From Eledone cirrhosa (taxonomy: Eukaryota), in the NCBI GenBank assembly GCA_964016885.1, contig OZ024741.1:176824001-176888000 (forward strand): a stretch of DNA of 64,000 bases, written 5' to 3'. Position 1 is the stretch's first letter. The number at the start of each line of letters is the position of its first letter. Made by a program: the position numbers and the translations under genes. The notes below the pieces were generated by a model that saw only the letters and a list, made by a program, of their open reading frames with translations, had not been told where the DNA came from and did not search any database. This document shows positions 1 through 13,200 of this stretch, piece by piece.

Positions 1-2450
1 TTACACATTATCCAATGTATGTATTGTGCAGCTCTGTCATGCCTGTTTAGGTATTCGGTTGGAGCTATAGGACTGCACATTGAAATTATATGGTCAATGG
101 TCTCTGGTTGTTTTTTGCATACACGGCATAATGGGCTGCACCCATTTTTTATTATGTTGTCTTGGTAATTTTTTGTTAGCAGACACTGATCTTGTGCCGA
201 TATAATCAGTCCTTCAGTCTCCGATTTCAGTCCAGAGGATGCCAACCACTGATGGGTTAAAGTTTTGTCAACATCAGGATTGTTAGCTCGCTCTGGGTAT
301 TTTCCATACAGAGGCTTTTCTTGCCATTTCTTAGCCAGTTTCTGTAGCAGTTCTTTCTTTGCAGTTACTTTTACCTGCTTGCTTTTTCTGTGTTTTCTAT
401 TTCAGCAGTAAATGGGACTTCTGAAATGTGTAGTCCATTACTGTATCTTTGTGCATCTTTTGTAATGGAATATGATCTTTTGATTCTTTCGTGTTTCAAA
501 ACGAGTTTGATCATCCAATCATCTGATTCCCTTAGATATGTAGATAATCCAATTGTTGCAGGTTTCAACGCAATGTCTAACTGGATTAACCCACGTCCTC
601 CTTCTTTCCTAGGGAGATATATTCTATCTATATCTGCCTTAGGGTGATGCATTCTGTGCATGGTTAAGAATTTTCGAATTTTTGTATCGAGCCTACGGAT
701 CTCTGTGCTTGACCAGTTGATGACATTGTAACTGTAGGTTACTACTGGTATGGCAAGCGTGTTTATGGCATCGATCCTATTCCTTGCATTCAATTCCGTT
801 CTTAAGATTGCTCTTACTCTGCGGTAACATTCCTTCCTTATCCTTTCCCTCTTTGTCGAGTGCTTGATTCCGTCTCCTTCACAAACACCTAGATATTTCT
901 AAGTTTTTTCTTGATCAAGTTCTCTTATCACGTTCCCCCGATCAAGATTAATGTCTGAACTCTTCAGCAGCTTTCCTCTGGTGAACGTTGCTTTGGCGCA
1001 TTTATCTAGTCCAAACTCCATTTTAATGTCATCACTGAACTGCTCCACAGTGGATAATAGCCCTTGCAATTGTTCATCATTGTTTGCAAATAGTTTCAGG
1101 TCATCCATGTAGAACAAATGATTAATGGTTTTGTCATAGACTTTATATCCATGTTTTGTTTCATTGAGCATTTTACTTAATGGTATAAGTGCGATGCAGA
1201 ATAAAAGCGGTAATAAAGAGTCACCCTGAAAAATTCCACAATTAATATTAACTTCTCCAGCTTCCAGTGATTTTGTTTCACTATTCAAAAGGAGTGTCGT
1301 TTTCCATGTCTTCTTACTAAATGACAAAAACCTCCTGACAATGGGGGATATTTTGAAAATCCCTAAACGTTTTTCAATCCAACTGTGTGGCAAACTATCG
1401 AATGCTTTTTTATAATCTATCCAAGCAATCGATAGATTTTTGTGTCTATTATGACAATCTTCCAGTATCATTTTGTTAACGAAAAGCTGATCCTTACAGC
1501 CCTATGAGCCTCGTTTACACCCTTTCTGCTCAATGGGAAATAGGTCATTTGTTATCAGGTGGTCATATGTGTATTCAGTTAGGACTGATGTTAAAATGTT
1601 ATACATTGTGGTCAAGCAAGTTATCGGTCTGTAATTTTTGGGATTGTTTGTCTCATCATTCTTCGGAAGCAGGAATGTAATGCCGTTAACTAGCCATGAT
1701 GGTATCTTTTCTGGCTCCTTAACTATTTCATTGTAAAGTTGGGCTAACAGCTCATGAGACTCTGTGAAGGCATTTATCCAAAAGTTTTGTATTTTGTCTT
1801 TTCCTGGGGATTTCCATTTGCTGGTTTTTCGTAGAGCCAAGCGCAACTGTTCAACTGTTATATTTTCCCATATTTGTTCCTCAAGGTGAGCTGTATCTTT
1901 CATTTGTCTGTCTATCCATCGGGCATGTATGTTATGAACATTTTCTTCGGCCCAGATCTTTTCCCAGAATTCTTGCACTTCCTCCTTGGGTGGTATTGAT
2001 TTAGCAGTTATTGTTGACTTACCAATTTTTCTGTAGAAGTTTCTTTGGTTGTTTTTGAACATATTATTGTCCTTATAGAATCTAGATCGTTTTTCAAAGC
2101 GCTTTATACGAGCAGCTTTGGCCGACACTTTTTGCTTGATTATTTCTATCAGCATGTCTATGTCACTTGTTGATTTTATACTGTACTTTCTTTTCAATTT
2201 TCTAAGTTTAGTTTGTTTAACATGTTCACCTACTTTATAGTTTGTTAAAATTGCTATGTCAGATCGGAGAAGGTTTATTTGGCGATTGATGTTCTCTTGC
2301 CAAGTAGATTTCTTGTGGGAATTCCTTTGTTTATTCATCTTCACTCCACATAAGTGAGTGTTGACTTTATCCGATGCATAATACATATGATTTATATCAG
2401 TAATGTTTAGTTTGTTTGTGATGATAATGTTTTTGAGAATTATGTTAGTC
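1..2450 (-). mobile_element. R4/Dong-type non-LTR retrotransposon, copy A (5'-truncated, runs off the window edge), RT pseudogene
   Basis: ORFs 1502-2548, 899-1471 and 371-793 share one frame, broken by TAG stops at 1502-1504 and 899-901. A 1-bp deletion near 380 relative to copy B shifts the frame. RT motifs: NYRPITCL, EQKGC, WIDYKKAFDS, GIFQGDSL, HLFYMDDLKL, and the R4-typical RIYLPRKEGGRGL. Bases 1-640 nearly duplicate 3058-3697. Confidence 0.9.
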
Positions 2451-2474
2451 TTATTATTATTATTATTATTATTA
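2451..2474. repeat. (TTA)8 tract: 3' tail/target of Dong copy B and 5' junction of copy A
   Basis: Direct reading; separates two same-strand copies of one family. Confidence 0.9.
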
Positions 2475-3757
2475 CAGTTGAATTTATCTTGCTTTATGTT
2501 CATACGAGTTATCACCAAGTCACAACCAGTGACCTCAAGAGACAACAAGGTCTACCATGTTCAAGAAAGAACATACATATTCACACATGCATCTTTAGTG
2601 TTTAGACTTGTGATGTACTTATATTGACAGAATCTTCCTTAGTATATGGGCAGTTCCCATTAGTACTATCTTTTGTATTTCTCCTATACGCGGGTTTCCT
2701 GGGATTTGCGATAAGTAATCACTAGACCCCTTAGGTATCATTCCCAGAGCGCCTACAACCACTGGTATTGTTTTAGTTCTCAATTTCCACATTTTTCCAA
2801 TTTCTATCTCCAGGTCCTTATACTTGCTCAATTTTTCAAATGTTTTTATAGATACATTCTTGTCTATTGGAACAGACATATCAATTAGCAGACATACCCT
2901 CTTTTGAAAGTCTTTCAATATTATATCAGGTCTGTTTGCATCTATTTTTCGGTCTGTTTGGATGCTAAAGTTCCACAAGATTGAGATGTGATCTTTTTCA
3001 AGTATGGGAGGTGGTTGATGCTCCCACCAATTCTTTTGATGGGGCAGGTCAAAATGCTTACACATTATCCAATGTATGTATTGTGCAGCTCTGTCATGCC
3101 TGTTTAGGTATTCGGTTGGAGCTATAGGACTGCACATTGAAATTATATGGTCAATGGTCTCTGGTTGTTTTTTGCATACACGGCATAATGGGCTGCACCC
3201 ATTTTTTATTATGTTGGCTTGGTAATTTTTTGTTGGCAGACACTGATCTTGTGCCGATATAATCAGTTCTTCAGTCTCCGATTTCAGTCCAGAGGATGCC
3301 AACCACTGATGGGTTAAAGTTTTGTCAACATCAGGATTGTTAGCTCGCTCTGGGTATTTTCCATACAGAGGCTTTTCTTGCCATTTCTTAGCCAGTTTCT
3401 GTAGCAGTTCTTTCTTTGCAGTTACTTTTACCTGCTTTGCTTTTTCTGTGTTTTCCATTTCAGCAGTAAATGGGACTTCTGAAATTTGTAGTCCATTACT
3501 GTATCTTTGTGCATCTTTTGTAATGGAATATGATCTTTTGATGCTTTCGTGTTTCAAAACGAGTTTGATCATCCAATCATGTGATTCCCTTAGATATGTA
3601 GATAATCCAATTGTTGCAGTTTTCAACGCAATGTCTAACTGGATTAACCCACGTCCTCCTTCTTTGCTAGGGAGATATATTCTATTTATATCTGCCTTAT
3701 TATTATTATCCTTATTATTATTTCCTAGGGAGATATATTCTATCTATATCTGCCTTA
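2475..3757 (-). mobile_element. R4/Dong-type LINE, copy B (5'-truncated 3' end with intact zinc knuckle and RLE)
   Basis: ORF 2619-3626 has CRVC..ETIDHIISMC, RHD, ANRPDIIL..LIDMSVP..K..KY (PD-(D/E)xK restriction-like endonuclease), followed by a short 3' UTR and a (TAA)n tail. Confidence 0.9.
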
Positions 3758-4663
3758 TTATTATTATTATTATTGAATGCTATGGTTGACGGAGGCTCGG
3801 CTCTGTAAGGTACTGTCAATTTTGAACGCTTTAACAATTGTAAATTGTTTAAAACTTAGACCAACTTGTAGACGAAAACACCCTCCTCCTCGTGAGAGGG
3901 GTCTTTCTGCCCGTTATTTGGCCCTTCGGGGTTAAATAACTGCTTATTGGGGGTTTGTACCCAATATTTATTTTAAACAAAAAAAACAACATGGCTACGA
4001 AAAGAATTTGCATAGGTCACTCCAACTCATTCCGTCCTCTCCTTCCTCAATCGTCACTACAGCAGAGAGAAGATTGTCTCTCTCCCTCCCTTCTTTAAAT
4101 GTGTCTCTCTCCCTCCCTTCTCTTTCGCAAGTGACGAAAGAAAAGAAAAGTCTCGTGCAAAGCATGCAAGGTTTCTCCACGACGACGACGACAGCGACGA
4201 AACAGGCGTGCGGGAAATACGAAAACCCAGTTCATTCGTCTGACGTCAGGAATAATAGCAGTAGCAGCCGTAATACAACAGCAACAGTGACAATGAAAAC
4301 AACAGTAGCAGCCGCAACAGCATCACCAGCAGCATAAACAACAACAGCATTAGCAGCAGCAACACCAACAACAACCACAGCAACAGCGGCGAAGGCAGTA
4401 GTCGTAGTACCTGCAGCAACAACAAAAGTAACAGCAGCTCTGACGACAACAACAACAACAGCAGCAAGGAAGAACCAATCTCATTTGCAGGTATTGCGAA
4501 AAACTTGGAAACAATCCTCATAACAAATGAGGAATTAGAGGAAGCGAAGAAGATGGTGACAAAGAATGGATACCGAGCAATCTGCAAGGCAGCGGAAAAT
4601 TTTTAAGAAAACCAACAGCACTGTACGGTCACGTACCGTACAGTAAGTACAAAATCCCGTAGG

Positions 4664-5151
4664 GTGGAAAGAGCCACAGAGGCCCAAATACAAAAAGCCT
4701 TGGGGTCTGTGTGGCAGCGGAAAACGCACATCACCCGAGGCAAAAAATATGCCACCGTACAGGTACTTTTTGCCACACCCCAGGAGGCAAAGGCCCAATC
4801 CGTAGTGACCCTAAGGAGCGAGGAAATGGTGTTGGTGCCCTCCTACTGCGGGCAAAAAATTGTGAGGGTCAAACTGACCCACGTCCCCCCCGGAATGGCC
4901 CCTTCTTGGCTGGCCGCGTCTGTCCTCGTCGGAATCGAGGACAAAACAACTGTACTGCAAGTACAGAAAAAGTAAGAGAAGATTGGGTCGGCACCTCCAT
5001 TGAGATGCTAATCCAAACCAACCAGGAGTGCATCGAAGCTATCCCGGATGTGATAGACTTCGATAACGGCACTCAACTGCCCATAAGTGTTGAGGGCAAA
5101 CGCCCGAAATGATTTCGCTGTGGATCGAAGACTCACCTCAGGGCCTTCTGC
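4664..5151 (+). pseudogene. Tx1-like ORF1 core with CCHC zinc knuckle (disrupted)
   Basis: ORFs 4664-4975 and 4711-5112 are frameshifted. Reading through TGA 5110-5112 gives *FRCGSKTHLRAFC, i.e. CX2CX4HX4C with the first Cys lost. Confidence 0.75.
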
Positions 5152-6114
5152 AACGAGAAGACCCTGAGAAAGGAGAAAACCCCCCTCCTTCCGAATCAGG
5201 CTCCACGGCTACCAGCAACAGGACAAGCGGCAACCAGGAACGATAGGTCCGTGGCACCCATACCCACGCCACGGAAATCAAAAACAGCAGCAGCAGTGGA
5301 AATATTAACAACAACAACAGCAATACCAAATGCAGCTGCAACAGAGACTCCAGTGCAAACATCACCAACAACAACAAGTGAAAGAGTGGAGCTGGTACCC
5401 CTCCCCGACCTCACAGAATCAGACATGGAATGTGAGGATGGCAAAAGGTCGTAAGAAGGCACAAACGCAGAAGCAGCGCATCGTCGCCTTTGAAAAGGGA
5501 GGAGAGAAATGAGAAAAGGGTAAAGTCTACTGCAAAGAGACCCACAGCAGCAACACCACCAACACCATCACCACCCACACTAGCACCACCATCACCACCG
5601 GCGACAACCCCACCGCCAACAACACCTTCAACACCACCACCACAAGCACCAACATCGCAAACACAACAACAAAACACACACACCCAGCAACAACGACAAG
5701 AAAATAGCAGAACCACACCCCACCCCCAGAAAAACAAATGTACGGCAATAAATACACACAACAAGAAACTAATGACTTACATAATTGAACACACAGACAT
5801 TTCACAACAGGACCCATAATACCAGCACCAATCAAAACGCCAACTAACATAAGACTGCTAAAAATAGCACAGAAACAATACACAAACATTAAAACGAAAT
5901 TCCCCAACGCAGTTGGTGATTTCAGGGACCTAGGAGGAACCATCAATCGAAGAGTATATTCAGAAATTCTCTTAGAAGAGCCGACGACCAGCCGAAGGAA
6001 CGATTCAACGGTCCCTTCACCAGACGATCAAGTGAAAAGGGATGTAAAAACCATCCCTCCTCTACGAAAAGTACGGTAAGTGGTCTTTCCCATCTTTTCC
6101 ACTCTATTTTAAAC

Positions 6115-9100
6115 ATGACCTCACTCAGAATAAAAGCTTTTTCGGAGAGGTTTGGATCTCGCCATACGGGCCATCTTCCTGGACCCAGAGGGTAAGCTGG
6201 TGGTACTGGACGTGACCAGCGGAGACGGGCAAGCTTTCAGGCTAGTGGCCGTTTATGCCCCGACAGGAGCAGGGCGGCCTGATTTCTTCCGGCGTTTGGA
6301 GACCTTTCTTGGAACGTCCCGCTCTTTAGTGTTAGTGGGCGACTGGAACGGGATCTTAGATGCATGCTGGGACTGTGTGGGATTAGCGGATAGGGGTGGA
6401 GGGTGCAAGAGCCTCACCAACCTGCTCAGACGTTTTGAACTGTCTGACAGGTACCGATTGGATTTCCCGAATGTGCCAATGTGGACTTGGACAAATCGCA
6501 TACGGTCATCCATATCATATCTAGATAGAGAATTTTGTAGAGAAATAGATAGGTCTAGCATAGGCTGTCCACAATTCAAGATAGTCAGCTACACGGACCA
6601 CAAATTCGTGATCTGTGTGCTTGACTTAGATAGGCTTCATAGACGAGGACCCGGCTACTGGAAGCTAAACGCGTCCTTACCAGCGCGCAAGGCCTACAGA
6701 GACCGGATTAGCGAACTAGTTAAGCGGGCGTTGACGGGGGCCATCGTCAACAACAAGTGGTGGTTTGCTCTGAAAAGAGCGATTAGAATAGAATCCATTA
6801 GGTTTAGTAAGGCTTTAGCAATAGAGAAAAATAGAGCAGAGGGAGAACTAGTTAAAAAATTAGCCGAGGCGCTTAGCAAAGGCATTGCGACCGACGTGCT
6901 TGCGGCGAAATTGGCCCTTGACCAATTCTTCAATGCAAAGCACGAAGGCTGCGTTGTCAGAGCAAGGGTGCGTGCTCTCACACACGAGGGGACGAAAGCC
7001 GTTCAATGGGCCCGAGTGGCGGAGGCGCGTCGTGGCAACAAAGCCACGATCCGATCTTTGGTGGACCACGACGGGCGCATGCTAATCGATCCCAGGAAAA
7101 TGTGTGAAGCTTTTCAGCGACACTTCGCTCAGCTGTTCGGGGGCAGCGGTGGGCCGGGTCGAGGGATGGACGTTAGTGTCTACCTCGACGGACTGCCGCG
7201 GATCTCGGCCACTGAGGCGAAGTGTTGCGAAAAGCCGATAACAGCCGCTGAAGTAAGGGAGGCAATGACTGGCTGCACAAGGGGTAAATCGCCTGGTTTG
7301 GATGGTTTGCCCTATGAACTTTACGTACAGATGCCAGACTTGTTCGGAGGCCTCTTGGCGGACGTCTACTGCAACTGGTAACTGAACGGGAGAATTCCCA
7401 GTTCTGTGTGCCGAGGAGCGGTGGCACTGCTGAGAAAGGATCCGAACAATGGGGATAACATATATAAGTTCCGGCCCATAACTCTGCTAAACACAGAGTT
7501 CAAGATTTTGGCCAAGGTGCTAGCAAAGAGGTTGGCACTTGTCGTTGGTGGTCTGGTGGGAGAGGCGCAGACATGCGCCATTGCCGACAGATCCATCCAC
7601 GACAACCTCCACCTCATGCGATACATCGTAGAGAGGGTAGCTAGGGAACCTGGCACGGGTGGGTCCTTGATCAATTTAGATCAGTCGAAAGCTTTCGATA
7701 GGGTCGACCATCGTTACCTAGCGGCAGTCCTGAGGGCGGCTGGCTTTGGGCCCGTCTTCAGAGGCTGGATCGCTTCCATGCACAGCGACATCTGCTCTGT
7801 GGTGAGAGTGAACAATCACCTGTCGGAACCGTTCAACATCATGGGCTCGGTCCGCCAAGGATGTCCCCTCTCGTCCCTCTTGTACGTATTAACTCTCGAG
7901 CCATTACTGCACAAACTGGAGACGTTGAGGGGCGTCCCGCGCGAACTAGGATGCGGAAGATACGTGTCAGCATATGCGGACGATGTTACCGTAGTGGTGT
8001 CGAACGCCAAACACATCGAGGCGATCGGCACTACACTAAGAGAATACGAAGCGGTGACAGGAGCAATGATCAACCAGGAAAAGTCAGTGGGCCTGCAGCT
8101 CGGCACCTGGAGAGGCAGGTCCATGCCGTCCAACAGCGTCCTCGGACGCTGGACGGACGGACCGGTTAAATTGCTAGGGGTCTGGTTCGGTCCGGACCTC
8201 CAGACGGACAAAAACTGGGACGAGGTGACGAGCAGGGTGGCTTCTCTCACCCAGAAATGGGCGGAGAGGAAGCTATCCCTGAAAGGTCGAGCGGAGGTGG
8301 CTAACGCGTACATCGCGTCCGTCATCTACTACCGCCTGACCGTCTTACCTTGTCCTAAGCCTCGCCTGACTGCGCTGGGGCGTTTGCTCTTTCGCCTTTT
8401 GTGGAAGGCACGCGCTTCGATGGTCAGGCGGTCCATCTGTTGTCAACACCCGCTACGTGGAGGGCGGCGCATGCCGTGGCTGATGATGCGCAGACACGCG
8501 CTCAGGCTACGACATCTCCACCTCTTCCTCGACGGTGATCAGGTGTGGTCGCCGTTTGCTAGACACGTATTTCCCCAGCTCGTTTCCTTGACGGAGCTGC
8601 AGTCCTGGGTCAAGCGAAGACCGAGAGCGAGCGCCTGGAGACTGGAATGTCTTCAGGCGCTCACAGCCCTCGACCAATCGGGCAATGTGATCGGTGGAAA
8701 CTCCACCTCGGCGTTCTATAGAGGATTAGTGGAGGGGAAGAGCGACGACGTACTTGGGGAAACTCTAGGCGTCGACGAAAATCAACTAGCCAATCTCTTC
8801 GGAAGAACTTTCGGGCCAGGGCCTATGGACAACTTCCAGAAATCTCTGGCCTGGCAGTGCTACCGAGGAGCCTTGCCAGTTCGGGATAAACTCTACAAGC
8901 ATGGAGGTGCCGTCAGCCGGGCCTGTCCAAGATGCGCGCAGGGCGACGAAACCGTCCTGCACGCACTCGTCCAGTGTCCGAAAATTGCTGACTTGTGGGT
9001 TTATGTCTAACACCTGCTGTCGCGTGTAGGACGGATCCGGCTATCATCTGAGTCCATCGTGAGGATTGCCCCGCCCACCTCCTTTAGCCGGGAAGGGCAG

Positions 9101-9340
9101 GCAGTTTTTATTTGGCTGGTGGCCATGGCGAAAGAGATAGTATGGTGGACACGTTTGAAAGGGCTGAAGACGAGCACTTACCTCTTCGGTGATGCTCTGA
9201 TTGACTTTTTCAAATTTCATTTGAAAAGGAAAATCAGAGTAGAGAGGGAAGTGCTCTCTTCCCAGCATTTTGTTGAAAGATGGGTGAGAGAAGCAAGAAT
9301 GGCCCGAGTGAATGGGCCTACTCTGAGTATATATCTGTAA
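6115..9340 (+). pseudogene. Tx1-like ORF2 (APE endonuclease, reverse transcriptase, C-terminal Cys/His motif)
   Basis: 6152-7381, 7406-9010 and 9059-9340 are in one frame, split by TAA at 7379-7381 and 9008-9010. Motifs VYAP, GDWN, TDH, GPGYWKLN, KSPGLDG, RPITLLN, DQSKAFDRV, RQGCPLS, YADD, CPRC..ETVLH..C. ATG 6115 (MTSLRI) is out of frame, implying a deletion of the APE N-terminus. Confidence 0.9.
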
Positions 9341-9592
9341 ATTAAAGGTGGAAAACTGGGAGAGGGCACTTGCCTTGGTGGTCAGGGTCATTGTGGCTTT
9401 TATTGGGCTTTCTCCACAAATGTCCCTCCGAAGTCTCCCCCCTATTGGGGAATTTTTCATTGTTATTTTTGTTACACCCTCTGTTTTTTTTTGTTTTTTT
9501 TACACGCATAAATGCCCATTTGTACCGTACTGTATTGTTCTGCACTGTCCTTAATGTCTACTTTATGTAAACCCTTGTGGTTAATAAAGAAA

Positions 9593-9594
<2 letters not shown>

Positions 9595-9627
<33 letters not shown>
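9595..9627. repeat. (ATT)11 tract shared tail-to-tail by the Tx1 element (+) and Dong copy C (-)
   Basis: Direct reading. Confidence 0.9.
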
Positions 9628-9628
<1 letters not shown>

Positions 9629-12600
9629 CTTGAATCTCAGTCATTGATGTTGGTTAACTGGAAAGTCCGTTGGAATGAATATCGAGCCACTACCTGCAGC
9701 CTCAGATATTCAGGACGTATCGGAGGGTTCTTGCTGTTTCCAGCAAGCATGCCTTTTGAAGCGTTCCAAAAAGCGTGAAGGGGCCAATTTTCTTTAACCA
9801 TCCCTGGAAACTTTTGGAGATAGTCCCCAGTGCGCCTATGACAATCGGGATCACTTTAACTTCATGGCATTTCCAAATCCTTTTTACCTCCCACTTTAAG
9901 TCCTGGTATCGGTTAATTTTCTCCCTCTCCTTCTCTTGCACTCTCGTGTCGAATGGGCAGGCTACATCCACAATCAGGCACGATCTTTTTCCCTTGACGA
10001 AAACCACCAGGTCAGGTCTATTGTGTTCCAGTTTCTTTTCCGTCTGTATCCTAAAATCCCACAGCACTTTCACCTGATCGTTCTCCATCACCGCCTCTGG
10101 CCTATGCTCATACCATTTCTCAGAATGTGGTAAATTGTTTACTTTGCACAGGTGCCAGTGGATCACCCTGCCCATCACATCATGTCTCCAGCCCTTATAG
10201 TGGGTCTAGGCTAGGTGTTTACACTCGGATACAATGTGAGCCACAGTCTCCTCTCTCTCTCCACAGATCCTGCACAATGGGTTAGCCTCCTCCTTGTAAA
10301 TATGGTGTTTCAACCACTTCGTTTTGAGGGCCTGCTCCTGCGCAGCCATTAACATTCCTTCTGTAGCCTTTTTAAGGTCTCCTCTTCTCAACCAGTTCCA
10401 TGTCTGTGGATCTCTAAAGAAGGTACTATGAAGGGATTTTCCCTGAAGGCTGCTGTTTCTCCTTGATGTTATTTACCCCTTGGACATCCCCTGGCCTATT
10501 GTTCCCTCCTTCAGTACAGTTCTGAGCATTGGCTCCTTACTATCAGTCACGTATTTGTATAGGTTGTTTTTCTCCATCTGAACACAGTCCTCTATGCTGA
10601 TGAGACCTCTTCCACCCTCAGATCTCCTTAAGTAGAGTCTATCGATATCACTCTTCTTGTGGAACATGTTGTAGATAGTCAATAGCTTCCTAGTCTTCCT
10701 ATCCATTTCTTTATGTTCTGCAACATTCCATCTCAGAATTCCCGCACTGTACCTAATAATAGACACAGCTCGGGAATTTACTGCACTTATGGCATTCCTA
10801 CTGTTCAGATGTGACTTTAATACGCTCTTTACTCTCCAAATGTATTCAGTTCTTATCAATTCCTTCATTTTTTTATCTTGATGTCATCAGCCTCCAGAAC
10901 GCCCAAATACTTGTATCCGTCTTCAGAGTCAATTTCCTTTATCATCTCACCCGTTGGTACCTGGATTCCGTTACTTCTGCTCAACTTACCCCTCATCATC
11001 ACAATGACTCCACACTTACTAATACCAAAATGCATACATATATCATTGCTGAAAATACGGACAGTGTCAACAAGCACATCCAACTCTTTTTCACTATTCC
11101 CGAAGAGCTTAAGATCGTCCATGAAGAGGAGGTGATTGATGGTAAGCCCTCCCTTTCCCAACCTGTATCCTGCTCTCACGTTTCGCAGTACACTGGTCAG
11201 GGGCATCAGGGAAAGGACAAACAACAGAGGGGACAGACTATCTCCCTGGAAGATACCCCTCTTGATCTTCACGCTTCCCAAGGATTCTCCAGTTGATGTT
11301 AACTCTATTTCCCAGGACTTCATACTTTTGCCCAACAACTGTCTGATGTTATCTGCCACGTTGAAGATCTCCAGGCTTTTGTTGATCCAAGAATGAGGCA
11401 CCATGTCAAATGCCTTTTTGTAGTCTATCCATCCCATGGCAAGACCAGTGTGTCTCCTCTTGCAATTCCTCGTTACCATATTATCAATAAGTAACTGGTC
11501 CTTTGTACCACGTGACTTCTTTCGGCATCCTTTCTGTTCGTCCGGTAACAAGTTGTTTGTGTGGAGCTGATGGTAGATTTCCTCAGACATAATGCTTGTC
11601 AACAGTTTCCACATTACGGACAGGCATTTGATAGGTCTATAGTTGGTAACATCATTACCCTTGATTCGGTCTTTCATTATCAGAACTGTGGTACCTTTTG
11701 TCAACCACTCTGGTACCTCACCTGACATCAAGCAGTCATTGAACATGGTTGTCAGTTTCGGGTGGAGGGATGTTATATTTTTAATCCAATACCCCTGCAC
11801 ACCATCTGGGCCTAGAGATTTCCAGTTGGTTAGATTTCTGGCCTGCCCCTTAAGAGTTTCAACTGTGATACTTAAATGAGTTTGTTGATGTGCCTGTTCA
11901 CTAATCTCCTTCTGTACTGTCTCAATCCACAGTGCCTGGTCATTATGTTTAACATCCTGCTCCCATATTCCTCTCCAGAATGTTTTAGTTTGTTCCGCCT
12001 CAGGGATCAAGTCGTTGCCTCTTTCTTTCCCTTCAAGCTGTCCAAACAGCATCTTCTGGTTGTTGTCGAACATGCGGTTCTGTCTATACTCTGTTCTCGT
12101 ATCGCCTGATTTTTGCACTCTTTGCTACAATGCGTTGCTTCAGTTCCTCTATGATAATATTTAGCTTTTTCCTCCTAGTTTTGTACTTTATTTCCAGTCT
12201 ATTTTAGTGTCTATGTTTTTTAGGGTCCCATTCAGTAGAGACTCAATATTTCCAATGTCATTTCTCATTTCCCTGATTTGACCACTCAGTCGTTTCTTCC
12301 ATCAAGGCTCTGCTCTTCCTTGTCTGTTGTTTCCTCTCGCTTTTATACCAAGTAGTTTCCTCACCGCATTTGCTGTTGCTTTGAGGATATTGTTGCACTG
12401 GTGAAGGCTCCTCGCCTCAAGGTATGGGATGACTTTGTTTACCTTAGTTGTTATTTCTTTTAACTTTTTCCTGTCTACAAATCTTAGGTTCATACATCTC
12501 CACTATCATTGTTCAATTCATCTACCACTAAGTTTAGGATATCAACCAAATCTTGTCCTAGCCCACCAGCATTCATCTCCTCAGTGGCCGCATCTCTGTT

Positions 12601-13200
12601 CCAGGTATTATTTATCTCAGAATTCGGATCATTGTCTGCTTCGGGTGGTTCCTCCGTTCTCTCGAAATCTTCACATTCATTTCCCACTGGCTGGTTTACC
12701 TGGCATACTCCACTCTCCATCTCCAAGCTAATCTCTATGCTCAGTTCCTCCAGTTCCAGCTCACTTATCCACCCATTAGTTCTTAATACCCGAGCCTGCC
12801 CGGCCAATTTTTGTTCATCTAATTTAAATAGACCAATCTCGTTCCAGATGTTATGCATCCGTTTCCTATAGCCTTTCTCCTTGGGGTTACTCTTCAGGTA
12901 ACATTGCCTAACAGTTCTATTCAATTCTTTCGTCCAGTTGGTTCTGGTTCCTTTCCTTCTTCTTCTTCCTCCGACACCATCAGTATTTGGTTGACAGCTA
13001 GGTCCCTGCTGCTGTGCCAGGGAGCACCTGTTGGGTGAGAGTCTGTCACATGACATTCTAGTCTCCATTTCACCGCTATTCGAACTGTTTAGTTTCGACA
13101 TTTAAACACTGTTATCGAGGATTGGCGAATGTATGGTTACATAACCACCGGTGAATTCATCGTCTCCCGTGGTTCCGTCACTCCACGTGATTTTTGTGTG
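9628..13200 (-). mobile_element. R4/Dong-type LINE, copy C (second family, near full length, frameshifted); 5' boundary approximate
   Basis: N-terminal domain 12490-13101 (WTKELN..CY..S.P...GYRKRM), RT 10865-12118 (EQKGC, WIDYKKAFD, GIFQGDSLSP, FMDDLKL), RLY..RSEGGRGL, CRICG..ETVAH, RLE 9702-10178 (NRPDLV..DVACPFD), TAA tail. Confidence 0.88.

Larger units (their letters stand above)
3775..9594 (+). mobile_element. Tx1/L1-clade LINE, near full length (about 5.8 kb), flanked by (ATT)n on both sides
   Basis: 5' UTR, ORF1 with zinc knuckle, APE-RT ORF2, AATAAA at 9583-9588; (ATT)n at about 3755-3774 and 9595-9627. Confidence 0.9.

Noticed and set aside
899-1504. TAG stops at Tyr-like positions as programmed readthrough
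   Set aside because: Single substitutions in a copy that also has a frameshift; ordinary decay is sufficient.
2451-2548. N-terminus of ORF 1502-2548 (MLSLEV..NNNNN)
   Set aside because: Chimeric read-through from copy B's 3' UTR and TAA tail into truncated copy A.
1-3697. Direct repeat 1-640 / 3058-3697 as LTRs
   Set aside because: Both are coding portions of two LINE copies; no TG..CA ends, PBS or integrase.
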